From NCBI GenBank assembly GCA_000091205.1, contig AP006488.2: a stretch of 64,000 bases of DNA; one strand, written 5' to 3'. This document shows, piece after piece, positions 24,219-34,960 of the stretch. The notes beneath the pieces were generated by a model that was not told where the DNA came from, did no database searches, and saw only the letters and a program-made list of their open reading frames with translations. A program made the position numbers and the translations under genes. The first letter of the stretch is position 1; the number at the start of each line of letters is the position of its first letter. Source of the stretch: Cyanidioschyzon merolae (taxonomy: Eukaryota).

Positions 24219-25560
24219 TCAGCATAGAACGGAAAAGGTTTTCCGATTCGTACGCACCTACCAAAGTTTAGGTTGTACCCGCGCTCATCAACACCAGAAT
24301 TTGCGGGCTTTTTCTGCGACAGCTTCCTTTGCCGCTCGCTTTTCTCCAGTTTAAAGCAAGGTAGTCGTATCTGCAGCCTAAGGCTCCAGTGTCAGCAGTC
24401 GGAGGATATACCGATGGCGCCAATAACGCCTAGCTTTCGTTGCTTCCCGCAGTTGTGAACGCGTTGCATGTGTAGAAGGTAGCTGCGATCTAGACACTTT
24501 GCTCGCCGCTATCCTATTCGCCTTTCGGTGAAACCTCGGTGCGTTCCGCAAAGCGATTACACGTGCCTGTGGTCGGTGTTGCTCACAAGTCCACAGCATG
24601 TTCTCCATCGAGCGCCGTACCATGGTGCATCGACGCTTGCTTCATTACTCGGTCCGTGCGCTTGACTGGCGAAGAAGGCTCTCTGCGGTGCTTGCCTCCT
24701 TGACAGCGTCCAGCGCGGTACCCGGACGGTCGTGGACTTGTTCTTGGCGATACCTCCCGCGCGTATGCGTTCCAGTGCATGGAAAAGGATACGCGTTTCC
24801 GTCCAATGGATAGCCTGTTGAACGCAATATGAACCCTGCTGAAACCATTACCCAAAGACAAGTCCAGGTAATAGAACGAATCGGGGGAAATTGTCGCGTG
24901 TACGCTCCTGTAGTGCGAAGCGGTTGCGTATTGCCCGCTGTAAGCGAATCGCTGTGGTGACGGAGGCTCAAGACCCTTTACCACACAAATCATTGAACGT
25001 GGAGTCTCTGGGAGCATATCCCATGAGAGGTAGCATGCTGCTGACGAATGCAGTTTCGTTGATAACCGCATATAGAAGAGGAGGAGTCGTTCAAACGGAA
25101 TCGAATCTTCGTGGTGACCATTTCATTCCAATTTTGACATGAAGATATCGAAAAGTCGTCAAGAAGTGACGCCGAGCATTCGTCCTCAAAACAGAGGCGC
25201 GAATCCCTTCGTCCATGAGTTGCCTTGAAATAGAAGGATCGCAAATTAGGTGAATGCGTGTTCTGAGCACACTACTCATAAAGAAAGGAATATAGTGGAT
25301 GCTTGTGCACATGAACAATTCCATCGTGTCTACGTTTTACCAACTGTTGTCTGAGTGCGTCGGGAGCCATTCTGATATCGGTGACGGAACCTATTCCAGA
25401 GACAACGCGTCAAAGAAGCCACTCCGACCACACGATCGAGAGTCCTAAGAACACATTCGAAGCCATAAACCCTTTTGTTGCACCTCAGACGTCCAGGCTG
25501 AACGTCAACCAAAACGAAATCGGGAACAAATACCGAAACACCTGAACACAGGGATCCAAT
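24219..25560 (-). mobile_element. RT-bearing repeat family A, copy A3 (young 3' module 24219-25160 plus diverged 5' part)
   Basis: The 942-bp module is near-identical to 28704-29645. Minus-frame peptides are AVINETAFVSSMLPLMGYAPRD (KAFD-type motif), ATISPDSFYYL (SP..LF-like), WNAYAREV (YADD-position) and CCGLVSNTDHRHVC (CCHC-like). No frame stays open beyond 162 aa. Confidence 0.8.
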
Positions 25561-25756
25561 CAACCTTCCTGTTTTGCTCTAACAATGAGAGCGCGTCGAC
25601 TGCGAGCTTCGCAGGCAGCGTCTCCTCGAATGGCGAGGCGTTCATCGCGCCTCTGAACGCAAGCTCTATGCCAGGCGTCCGGGAAGAGCCTCCTTCATAG
25701 GCGTTCTGCCGGACACGCTCCGAAGGTACTCACAGGCAGCACATCATAGGTTTCTG

Positions 25757-28540
25757 ATGCAGTTGCAGTCTCTAGGACAACAGCGAGGACAGCGATTCAG
25801 CGCTATCTACCACGCACTCGTAGTGCGAGTCGTTGCGCTCTGTCTCTTGGTCGCTTTTGCGAGTTTAGCCATCAGAGCCAGAGCAGCTACAACCCAGGCT
25901 GCTCTAAGTGGTGAACTTGCTGCATTTGGCATTGATCTGGGTTCAGAGAACGTGCGCTTTGCAGCGAGTCAAGCTATCGCTGGAATCCAGGTTCTCACAA
26001 ACGAGCAAAGCAAACGAGAGACACCTGCTTTGATCGCTTTCGTTCCGGTGAGCGATGCACGAATAGAGCGACGGTTCGGGGAGGCTGGAACAAGCCCTGC
26101 GTATGGTCGCTGGCCGGAGTACGCCGTCCGAAGCGTTCGTCGACTTTTCGAACGAGGAAACTGCTCTGCTGGTACGGATCGGGTCGTCACGCTCCATGAC
26201 CAACGAGTCCAGCCGCATCGTACGTGTCATGTTCAACTCGGAGGTCGCCAAGACCTAGCTTTCACCGATACGGAGCTCGCCAGCATGCTCTTTAGGTACG
26301 TGCAGCGAAGAGCGTACGCGGCAATAAGAGCTACAGGCGTATCATCGCGTGAACAGAGCACCACAACGCCGGCACCTGAGGATGTCCTCGGCACGGATGC
26401 TGTCCTGACAGTGCCGATATGGTTTCGGCAGTCCCAACGGGCTGCTTTAGTCCATGCTGCGCAACTCGCAAACTGGAATGTGCGTGGACTCGTGTCGACG
26501 CCCCTGGCTGGAGCGATTCGGTTCGCTCTAGATCGAGAGGTCGAGCAACCCCAGACCGTTCTGTTCGTGGACATTGGGGCCCAGGGAACCACTGCTGCCC
26601 TCATTCGCTTCACTCCTGCAAATGACAGCGCGTTTAGATCCCAGACTGGCGGCGGGCTTGCTCCCATCCAGGAAGTGGAGGTGCTCGGCTACCGGTGGCA
26701 TCCTGAGGCAGGTGGCGCTGCCCTCGACGAGTGTCTCGTCGAGGACGTGCTATCGCGTTTGCGAGCACAGTCGCTTTTGGCGCCTTCGATAGATAATGAC
26801 GAACGTTTTCGCTTACGCCTTTCTAGAGAAGTCCATCGTGTGCGGGAAATCCTCAGTGCGAATCAAGAAGCGTTGCTCACAGTGGAGCTCCCGACCGGCG
26901 AAGAGCATCATCTGCTCGTTACGCGTGCAGCCTTTCAGCATGCCTGCCGCAACGTGTTCGAGCGCATCGCCGCCCCGGTCCAGCAAGTGCTTGCGGATCA
27001 CCGTGTGGGGACCGATCAGCAGCCGCTGCATGCTTTGATCCCTCTGGGTGGAGGTTCACGGACCCCAGCTATTGCTGAGGAAATACAACGGCTCGTGCCG
27101 GGTCATCTCTGGCGGAAGACAGTGAACGCCGAGGAGGCAGCTGTAATGGGAGCCGCCTTCTATGCCGCCGCGTTGTCGCCATTCTTTCGGGTGCGTCCGC
27201 TGGTCCTCTCAGATGTGTATCCACGGCCCTGTAAGGTCTGCGTAGCGAATGCGTCGTCGAAGGGGCCACCCTATGATCGATGCGTTATCGTGACGCCGCG
27301 AATGAACAGCAACACCAACCATATCCTCCAGGTTCGGATGCCTGTGACACGCTTCGACACGGAGCTCTATTGGTTCGAGGCAGGGAATGCTGCGAACTTT
27401 TGGGATGACGCCGCACTTGTGTCGCACTGGAACCTCGAGAACATGTCCTTGGGCCAAGATAACTATCCCGCGGAATTGGAGCTTGCTTTTGAGATTGATC
27501 CGCTCACTGCACCGGTTCTCAAGCGTGCTGAGCTTTATGTGCTGCAGATGCCACACGCTCACGCATCTGCATCGAACACCATGCACCGAAAGGATGAAGA
27601 GGCGTCCACAGCGCCGCCCCAGCAGCTCAGTAACGCAGGTACGGAGCAACAGCCACAACAGCGGGTGCGCGGACGCGGGTCAGGCACCGGCGCTGCGGCA
27701 GCCCCTCGGGGCTCAGCCTCGACTGTGCCAACCGGCGAGGCCGAGACCGAGCCCAGCCCATCAGTGGTGCCTCGTGGGCAGCGTCACTCGCTGCGGGCAA
27801 CAATGCTTTACTCTGTATGGACATTTCCGGAAACGAGCGCGAAAGCGTCAAGAATTCGTTTGGAAGCTTTGGATGCTCTAGATCGCGAACGCGAACGGAG
27901 CGCGTACCTGCGCAACGCTCTGGAAGCAATGACTCTTCGACTGCATGAAGAGTTGGCCTTAGGTGCCCCATCTGGTACATTGAGCAAGCTCCCAGCGCGC
28001 TTGTGTCTCGAGCCAGAGCGAAGCCTCATTCTAGAGCGTCTGCATCAAGTGGAATTGCGAATTCACCAAGAATCCAGTGCAGCGCTCGCCGTCAACGACT
28101 TGGAACAACTTCTCTGGTCGCTCGAAAATGCAACCAAACCAGTTTATGCCCGGATGGAACGTTACCAGAAGACCCTTGAAATCCTGCAACAGCTGGAACA
28201 GTGGATTCGCCAGCACCAGAAGGATGCACTGCAGCTACGAAAGGGTAGAGGGGTCCAGCGGAAACCCCCCGATATGCAGGAGCTTTTGGCTCGCGTTACA
28301 CATCTCGCAGAGCAGTTGCAAGCCCAACCGTCCGCAGAATTGGTGGATGCTGCTGAACAGCAAGCGCGCCTCTTTTCGGAACATTTCGCCACGGCGCTGC
28401 TATCCTTGAACCAGACACAGGCAGAGACTTTTACTGCGCCGCTGGGATCGCAGACGAAAACCGGGCAGACCGCTGAGCCGCCCAGCAGTGCAACGCAAAC
28501 CGTAGCTCCGGAGCACGGGATGGATCACACAGAACTGTAA
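25757..28540 (+). CDS. ER-lumenal large Hsp70 (Grp170/HYOU1/Lhs1 type)
   Basis: ATG at 25757 and a signal-like segment VVALCLLVAFASLAIRARA. Hsp70 NBD motifs are FGIDLGSENVRFA, LTVPIWFRQSQRAAL and VLFVDIGAQGTTAALIRF. It has the long C-terminal extension typical of Grp170 and ends in HTEL (a KDEL-class signal). Confidence 0.9.
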   Translation: MQLQSLGQQRGQRFSAIYHALVVRVVALCLLVAFASLAIRARAATTQAALSGELAAFGIDLGSENVRFAASQAIAGIQVLTNEQSKRETPALIAFVPVSDARIERRFGEAGTSPAYGRWPEYAVRSVRRLFERGNCSAGTDRVVTLHDQRVQPHRTCHVQLGGRQDLAFTDTELASMLFRYVQRRAYAAIRATGVSSREQSTTTPAPEDVLGTDAVLTVPIWFRQSQRAALVHAAQLANWNVRGLVSTPLAGAIRFALDREVEQPQTVLFVDIGAQGTTAALIRFTPANDSAFRSQTGGGLAPIQEVEVLGYRWHPEAGGAALDECLVEDVLSRLRAQSLLAPSIDNDERFRLRLSREVHRVREILSANQEALLTVELPTGEEHHLLVTRAAFQHACRNVFERIAAPVQQVLADHRVGTDQQPLHALIPLGGGSRTPAIAEEIQRLVPGHLWRKTVNAEEAAVMGAAFYAAALSPFFRVRPLVLSDVYPRPCKVCVANASSKGPPYDRCVIVTPRMNSNTNHILQVRMPVTRFDTELYWFEAGNAANFWDDAALVSHWNLENMSLGQDNYPAELELAFEIDPLTAPVLKRAELYVLQMPHAHASASNTMHRKDEEASTAPPQQLSNAGTEQQPQQRVRGRGSGTGAAAAPRGSASTVPTGEAETEPSPSVVPRGQRHSLRATMLYSVWTFPETSAKASRIRLEALDALDRERERSAYLRNALEAMTLRLHEELALGAPSGTLSKLPARLCLEPERSLILERLHQVELRIHQESSAALAVNDLEQLLWSLENATKPVYARMERYQKTLEILQQLEQWIRQHQKDALQLRKGRGVQRKPPDMQELLARVTHLAEQLQAQPSAELVDAAEQQARLFSEHFATALLSLNQTQAETFTAPLGSQTKTGQTAEPPSSATQTVAPEHGMDHTEL

Positions 28541-28703
28541 GCAATTGCGAGTATGGCGTACAACGCAAGAACTGAATGCATGGAGTGAGCAGGGAAAAGC
28601 ACCTCAGATCCTGGACACAGTCTGCATAGGTTTATTTGGTTGGGATGCGAAGTGCTTTAGGCATTCGTATCCGGAGTTTACAATAAATTTATCTATGGAC
28701 GGG

Positions 28704-30110
28704 TCAGCATAGAACGGAAAAGGTTTTCCGATTCGTACGCACCTACCAAAGTTTAGGTTGTATCCGCGCTCATCAACACCAGAATTTGCGGGCTTTTTCT
28801 GCGACAGCTTCCTTTGCCGCTCGCTTATCTCCAGTTTAAAGCAAGGTAGTCTTATCTGTCGCCTAAGGCTCCAATGTCAGCAGTCGGAGGATATACCGAT
28901 GGCGCCAATAACGCCTAGCTTTCACTGCTTCCCGCAGTTGTGAACGCGTTGCATGTGTAGAAGGTAGCTGCGATCTAGACACTTTGCTCGCCGCTATCCT
29001 ATTCGCCTTTCGGGGAAACCTCGGTGCGCTCCGCAAAGCGATTACACGTGCCTGTGGTCGGTGTTGCTCACGAGTCTACAGCATGTTCTCCATCGAGCGC
29101 CGTACCATGGTGCATCGACGCTTGCTTCATTACTCGGTCCGTGCGCTTGACTGGCGAAGAAGGCTCTCTGCGGTGCTTGCCTCCTTGACAGCGTCCAGCG
29201 CGGTACCCGGACGGTCGTGGACTTGTTCTTGGCGATACCTCCCGCGCGTACGCGTTCCAGTGCATGGAAAAGGACACGCGTTTCCGTCCAATGGATAGCC
29301 TGTTGCACGCAATATGAACCCTGCTGAAACCATTACCCAAAGACAAGTCCAGGTAGTAGAACGAATCGGGGGAAATTGTCGCGTGTACGCTCCTGTAGTG
29401 CGAAGCGGTTGCGTATTGCCCGCTGTAAGCGAATCGCTGTGGTGACGGAGGCTCAAGACCCTTTACCACACAAATCATTGAACGTGGAGTCTCTGGGAGC
29501 ATATTCCATGAGAGGTAGCATGCTGCTGACGAATGCAGTTTCGTTGATAGCCGCATATAGAAGAGGAGGAGTCGTTCAAACGGAATCGAATCTTCGTGGT
29601 GACCATTTCATTCAAATTTCGACATGAAGATATCGAAAAGTCGTCCAGCGACGACGTGGCGTTCTTTGCATTATCAGTCCAGCGGCATCAATTTTCTTGA
29701 ATGGAAAACTTGGGAAATTTGAAGCATGCTTGATTTGAGCATGCTGCAGGCAGGTAAACGAGAAGCATGGAGGCTTGTGTGTCCTTATTCCACGATGATA
29801 ACTGTTATTTTACGGACCCGTTCTCGATGACAAGGTGACTCGTTTTGATTCCAGTGAGGTACAGAATCCTCGAATCAAAGGCTAGAACGAGCCATACCGA
29901 CGAAACGAGCGAACATGTTAAGACGACAGATGAATCGGCGGGTCCTTTTTCATGCAATTGGAATGTCGAGGATGTGCATCGAAGAAAGGTCGGAAAAAAC
30001 GAAGGGCAGGAACGGAACAGGCAATGCAGTACTGAATGTACACCCGACACGGATGCAGCGTTTGTTTTTTATGTTCATTGCGTGCATAACGATACCCATA
30101 TACCATTGAT
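28704..30110 (-). mobile_element. RT-bearing repeat family A, copy A4 (young 3' module 28704-29645 plus diverged 5' part)
   Basis: It starts at the same base as A3 and A6 (tcagcatagaacgg). The diverged part is collinear with A2 (gatttgagcatgctgc...). The minus peptide ILYLTGIKTSHLVIENG matches NLYLTGSKIIRDAFEQEF of A6. Confidence 0.8.
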
Positions 30111-30781
30111 TCCTTGCACGGTTTAGCAATTCTTGGAAAGCCGGATACTCCTATCCAGAGATTACAGTATCTTTGCAGAGCTTGCTAGCGCTCAGAACTC
30201 TGTTTCACAAGTCCGCTCTGCACCACGGCTATTTCAAGAAACGAGGCTGATGCTTAAATAGAGCACAAACGACTTCATGGCTGGGAAAGCACGCGTCCGA
30301 TAGCGTAAAGGCCGCTAAACGTAAATGAACTCCAGACTCCTCGATCTAGAACGCAGCCTTTTCCGGGTCTGAAAGCTCTGCCCCGCCTCAAGACCGCCGG
30401 ACGCACCGATGCTTCTTAGAGGTGATGGTGTGCGCTCCAGCGGAAAGCATGGAGTGGTTTCCCGACTGCTGCCCTCGTGCAATTGTCTACGGATTAGACC
30501 GCTTCCCAGGAGCATCATCAACTTTATATAAAGGCTTGGACGCTCTGGGAAACAGTCGAGGAGCAGCGCAAAGCTCCTTTTGCGAAGCATAACGACGAGG
30601 CCAATTTCCGACTGTATCGAACGACTTTAGCGGCGACAGCCTCGAAGCTCACTTAACTGATGCAAGTGAGCACTGCTTCATCAGAAAGCAACACGAGCTT
30701 GGTCAAGGCGATGCTCGGAGTCACGTTTCGTGAGAGCTAGCAATAAGGGTCTCACGCATAGCGCCGCGGAACGTTTTCGAG

Positions 30782-33700
30782 CTAAGAATCCAACGCGTCA
30801 AGTACGTCACCCACGAGACCTTGACGCACAATCCGCTGACCCGAAGGATCCACATACGTAAAGCGGAAGCGGAACGTCAATGGACGTGTGTCATGCCCAT
30901 CCTTGTGCAGTCGAAACCGCTGCGTTACCCGCTGAGGTTGTGTCGACGGGGGCAGGCTCCCCGACGTAGCTGGCATCATTTCGAGCAGAATATAGTTCGG
31001 TACCGATATTTGGAATAAAAATTCCGTAAAGGTCCGCGGACTCTTGTTCATGAACTGGGCTTCCAGATGGTATACCTGTCGCTGTTGTCCATCGACAGTC
31101 TCCGAGCTGGTGCGTTGGATCTGTATGCGGAGCTTTTCGTCGTCGTAGATGACGCGACTCGCGGACGCTGACCCGGCTGACGCTTCCTCGCTCGAATTCA
31201 CTTGATCCAGGACGCTTTCCAGGATATCGAGATGCCACGCCGCTCTGCTGTCGTTTTCGTTGGTGGATTCGCTCGAAACTGCAACCGGTACGGCATCGGC
31301 CAGCAGAGTGCGCTGGCGTGGTGCCTGCACGGCTGGTTGCTCGTCCGGTGCTCGTGAACCGGACGTTTCCGCGCTTTCCTCCTCGTCATCAAAGGAAATG
31401 AGTTGTGCGGCTCCGGCGTTCATCCGTGAGCGATGCTGCGAGCCGAGGAATCGAATGCTCACGATTCGAGAGCGCGCTGCACCCTGTCGCCGCCAGGCGA
31501 GCAAACTTGATGAATCTGGTAGCGAGAATGCAGACTCGAGCTGTTCAAAGGTCTCAGACGGAGCGTTCTCCAAAACCACCAGGTATTCTCGAGCTCGCTG
31601 TTGCACGTCTAGGCTCAAAGCTTTTGATTGCTCGGAGAGGAGTCGAGCGCATGCACCAAACACTTCACTCGTCTTGAGCCGCGTCCGCAAGGCTGTGCGA
31701 AAGAGCACATCTACGGCTAAACGCCCCAGGGTTGATGTCCGGTGCAGATACGCCGGTCTTTGCCGTTGACGAAGAGACAGATCCCGATCACCAGGTAGAT
31801 GAAGCACCAGTTCCGCTAGTTTCCAATTGAGACTATCCTCTGCGGCTGACGGGATATCCGCGCTGTTCACAGATGAAACACCATTTTCTGCGGCTTCGCT
31901 GTCTTCACCAGCGCGTTCGGATAAAACTGCCGCACTCGTTGCAGTCGGAGCTTTTGACGTTCCGAGTTCGAAATCAGGTGCTTGTTCTATCGCCGCATTC
32001 GTTGCACGTGGAGCTTTTGACGTACCCCGTTCACGCTTAGATGCTTGTCCTATCTGGGCGCTCGCATCCGCGTCTTTTGCGTATGTACGAGGGCGAGCGC
32101 TATGCGGAATGTCGTGCTCAGCAGCAAACGCAAGTCCAATATGCATGAGCAGGGTCACAGCCGAACGTCTCCGCGCAATTTGCTCTAAAACAATATCCAT
32201 TAATCGGTAAAAGATAGCCATACCAGCTTCAGGGTTCGCCAACATCGCCGTGACTACCTCGTCAGCGAGCTCCGCTTCGATCTCTTGCACTACCGAGAGC
32301 CCTGGGCCGGCGTACGCATCACCAGCAACATCGGAGCCGCCACCGACGCGAGGTTCGTAGATGCGGTTGCGCTGATCACCACTAGCACCACTACCGGGAT
32401 CGCCAGCACCGCCCCTGAAGGCGTCGTCGTCGATGTCATCATCGCCGGTCGGTAGCGTCTGAGCTACCTCTACGAAAAGGTCAAGTCTTCGGTACACGTC
32501 CGGCTCTGTCTCCTCGAGGAGCAACCACAAACGCTGAAGAATCTCGTAACGGTGCAGTGCTTCCCGCACGCTCTGTAGGTAGGATACCAACTCCTTGCAG
32601 AATCGCTGAAGCGACGCTGCAGTGCCTATCGCAAACAGGAGACTCAAGGCGCGTCGCTGAATGGTCGGGTCCGCATCACGAAGGCACTCGAAAATCGTCT
32701 CCTGGTGGGCGGCAACACTCGCCATGCTCCGCTCTGCAGCCTGTGGGAGCAGTTCTAGCGCAACAAGGCGCAAGTTCGGGTCACGGCTACGTAGAAAGTC
32801 ACCGAGTATCTGAATCGCGAAAGCCAGGTTTCTCGAAGGCGAGCTCTCTAGCGCCAAAATCGTGCGAACACATTCGAGGACAACTCCATGAGAGCGTTCA
32901 CTTGAGCGCGCAACATCGATAAGTGTTCGGTGAAGCTCCTCTGTCGCCGCCGAATCGTGCTGCCCCAGTCGTCGAAGCATCTTCAAGATGCTGCACTGGA
33001 GAAATGGATCGCAGACACCCTGGAATCCGTATTCTGGATTGAAGCCAGCTGTTGCGGTTTCTCGAAGCTGCTGCACCAACAATGCCTGATACTCGTTGGC
33101 TAGCATCCCATACAGGGCACCCGGCGCTACCGTCAGCAGCTCCTCGAGCAGCGCCAGACCGCTAATCAAGACACCGTGGTGGTGTGGCATCTTCAACAGC
33201 TCCAGGGCGGCAGCTCGAAACGAGTCCGCTGGTTCTGGAGTACGTCGACATAAACGGAGCGCCGCAAGCGCTGCTTTCTTCCGTATAAAAGGGTTCCGCG
33301 AGTGCAGGAGACGTTCCACGTCGGGAGCGAGGTCCTGACCGATCTCCGCTGAAGCCAGGTTCGCCACTACGTGTAACGCGAGAGCCACAATCTGGTGGTT
33401 GTCGCTCTGGAGATCCTGTTTCAAAACGTTCACTACGAGAAGAAGAACTTCAGATTGTTCGTCGAGCAGTACCTGCAGCGCCATGTACCCAATGCGTTTG
33501 TCTTTGAACTTGGGACTGGCACAGAGTTTGACGCACTCCATGATACCGAAATCGACACCATAGCCATTTAGGTAGAAAAACACGAGTTTTGCAACGTTGC
33601 GTCGGCGGAAGTAACGATCTTCTTGTCGAGATAGGTCCCGAATCTGAGCGAGCTGCTTTTTGACAAACTCGCGCTCCGCCGAGGCAGTCCTTTGCTTCCG

Positions 33701-33967
33701 AAACAGCTTTACAGTGTCCCGTAACGCATACACGATGTACTGCTTTTTGGCCGTAGAGATGGCGTTCTTAGCGCTCCGAACGGCCTTATCGAGCTCCTTC
33801 TGCATTTGATGAACCACTCCCAAGAGTCTTCGCTTCAAGTCCGGTCTGTGGTGCTGCGGAGCGCAGGTCGTGAAACGGCGATACGCAGCGGCAACCGGGT
33901 CGCGTTCAAGTGCGCATGAATGCGAAAGAGGACGGTGACGCCTCATCGATGGGCAGAGACAACCCAT
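30782..33967 (-). CDS. Adaptor-protein complex large subunit, gamma-adaptin-like (AP-1 gamma type)
   Basis: ATG at 33967. Adaptin N-terminal trunk: AEREFVKKQLAQIRD, RRRNVAKLVFFYLNGYGVDFG, FKDKRIGYMALQVLL, PFIRKKAALAALRL. It has a long Ala/Ser/Asp-rich hinge and a C-terminal ear with a GAE-like pattern (FMNKSPRTFTEFLFQISVPNYILLEMMPATSGSLPP). Confidence 0.85.
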   Translation of the reverse strand: MGCLCPSMRRHRPLSHSCALERDPVAAAYRRFTTCAPQHHRPDLKRRLLGVVHQMQKELDKAVRSAKNAISTAKKQYIVYALRDTVKLFRKQRTASAEREFVKKQLAQIRDLSRQEDRYFRRRNVAKLVFFYLNGYGVDFGIMECVKLCASPKFKDKRIGYMALQVLLDEQSEVLLLVVNVLKQDLQSDNHQIVALALHVVANLASAEIGQDLAPDVERLLHSRNPFIRKKAALAALRLCRRTPEPADSFRAAALELLKMPHHHGVLISGLALLEELLTVAPGALYGMLANEYQALLVQQLRETATAGFNPEYGFQGVCDPFLQCSILKMLRRLGQHDSAATEELHRTLIDVARSSERSHGVVLECVRTILALESSPSRNLAFAIQILGDFLRSRDPNLRLVALELLPQAAERSMASVAAHQETIFECLRDADPTIQRRALSLLFAIGTAASLQRFCKELVSYLQSVREALHRYEILQRLWLLLEETEPDVYRRLDLFVEVAQTLPTGDDDIDDDAFRGGAGDPGSGASGDQRNRIYEPRVGGGSDVAGDAYAGPGLSVVQEIEAELADEVVTAMLANPEAGMAIFYRLMDIVLEQIARRRSAVTLLMHIGLAFAAEHDIPHSARPRTYAKDADASAQIGQASKRERGTSKAPRATNAAIEQAPDFELGTSKAPTATSAAVLSERAGEDSEAAENGVSSVNSADIPSAAEDSLNWKLAELVLHLPGDRDLSLRQRQRPAYLHRTSTLGRLAVDVLFRTALRTRLKTSEVFGACARLLSEQSKALSLDVQQRAREYLVVLENAPSETFEQLESAFSLPDSSSLLAWRRQGAARSRIVSIRFLGSQHRSRMNAGAAQLISFDDEEESAETSGSRAPDEQPAVQAPRQRTLLADAVPVAVSSESTNENDSRAAWHLDILESVLDQVNSSEEASAGSASASRVIYDDEKLRIQIQRTSSETVDGQQRQVYHLEAQFMNKSPRTFTEFLFQISVPNYILLEMMPATSGSLPPSTQPQRVTQRFRLHKDGHDTRPLTFRFRFTYVDPSGQRIVRQGLVGDVLDALDS
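31931..32056. repeat. In-frame 63-bp tandem duplication inside the adaptin hinge
   Basis: cgcactcgttgcagtcggagcttttgacgt at 31931 recurs as cgcattcgttgcacgtggagcttttgacgt at 31994. In the protein this gives GTSKAPRATNAAIEQAPDFE / LGTSKAPTATSAAVLSERAGE. Confidence 0.65.
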
Positions 33968-34625
33968 CCGATTCTCCTCAGCTCATGTTTCGCATGCTGC
34001 AAGTCAGGTTGGGTGAACAGCTTATGCGTCTAGCAGTTTGTTCCAGTTTGCAGCTTCGATGGTAATGCATGCTTCAAGAAGCTTGTAGAGCTTGCGACTT
34101 TCAGGGGTTGTCTTTCGAATACTGCAAGTCTGGCTGGACAAACCGTATAACCGTCGATCTGGTGTTCCAGTGCATGGTCTCGAATGTCATACGTGCTTCA
34201 AGGAGGCTAGAGTACGGTCGGGAAATTGGTTCAGGACACCTTTATCCTGCAAACTTTTGCGTACAAAGCGCACGCCATAGACGCGATTGCGCCGTATCAG
34301 GCGATGCTTGCTGGCGTATCCTGCTGGTAAACCTACAAGAGATATCGGCTGCAAACGAATCCTGGACCTGAGCAGACATCGAGAAACAGTCATTGCTTCC
34401 GCAGCTTGGGAGAGTACCAACGATGGTATTGGGCCACCTTAGACGGAAGTTTTCGCTATTTCAGGCCAGGGATCAGCAAAGCACTGTTCCTCATCGAATT
34501 CAGGGACGCATGTCGCTCGTACATAGCCTCGTAGCACGACGAGTAGCGTACGCGACGCCAGGCAAAGAGCCGGCAACATGCGCCTGCGCACTGGAACGAC
34601 TCGCGATGAAGCTCACCAACTCCAT

Positions 34626-34644
34626 TGTGTGTGTGTGTGTGTGT
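34626..34644. repeat. (TG)9 microsatellite
   Basis: Direct reading: tgtgtgtgtgtgtgtgtgt. Confidence 0.95.
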
Positions 34645-34960
34645 ACGCTCCGTTGCATGCTCCTGCACGGTTTCAACGAGGCCGACGATATCGACAGCGG
34701 AGAGCGCTGTCGCGAACCTGCCGGCAAGCTCCTTACCCGTCAAGTTACCCGCGATCCTCAAAAGCATTCTGTTTGCTTCCTCCTCGGTAAACAGCGGAGG
34801 CAGAGCAAGATGCTTCCAACCCAGCAGCTCTACATCGAAACTGTGACTGCGCTGACGAAGAACCCTCCATGACTCGTCGATAGCAATCCGGAGGCCAGAG
34901 TCCCGGGCTCTCCCGCCGGACGATAAACAGAAACAATTTTTGCGAAACACCCCGGCACAG

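Noticed and set aside
34926-34940. caatttttgcg, an Sm-site-like string checked as a possible snRNA
   Set aside because: There are no flanking stem-loops and no conserved snRNA 5' sequences (U2 or U6 signature strings are absent from the window), so it is most likely chance.
34456-34950. 164-aa minus-strand ORF directly after the SmD1 stop
   Set aside because: It starts at GTG, its THTHTH run is just the (TG)9 microsatellite, and I could recognise no family. It may be 3' UTR, so it is left unannotated.
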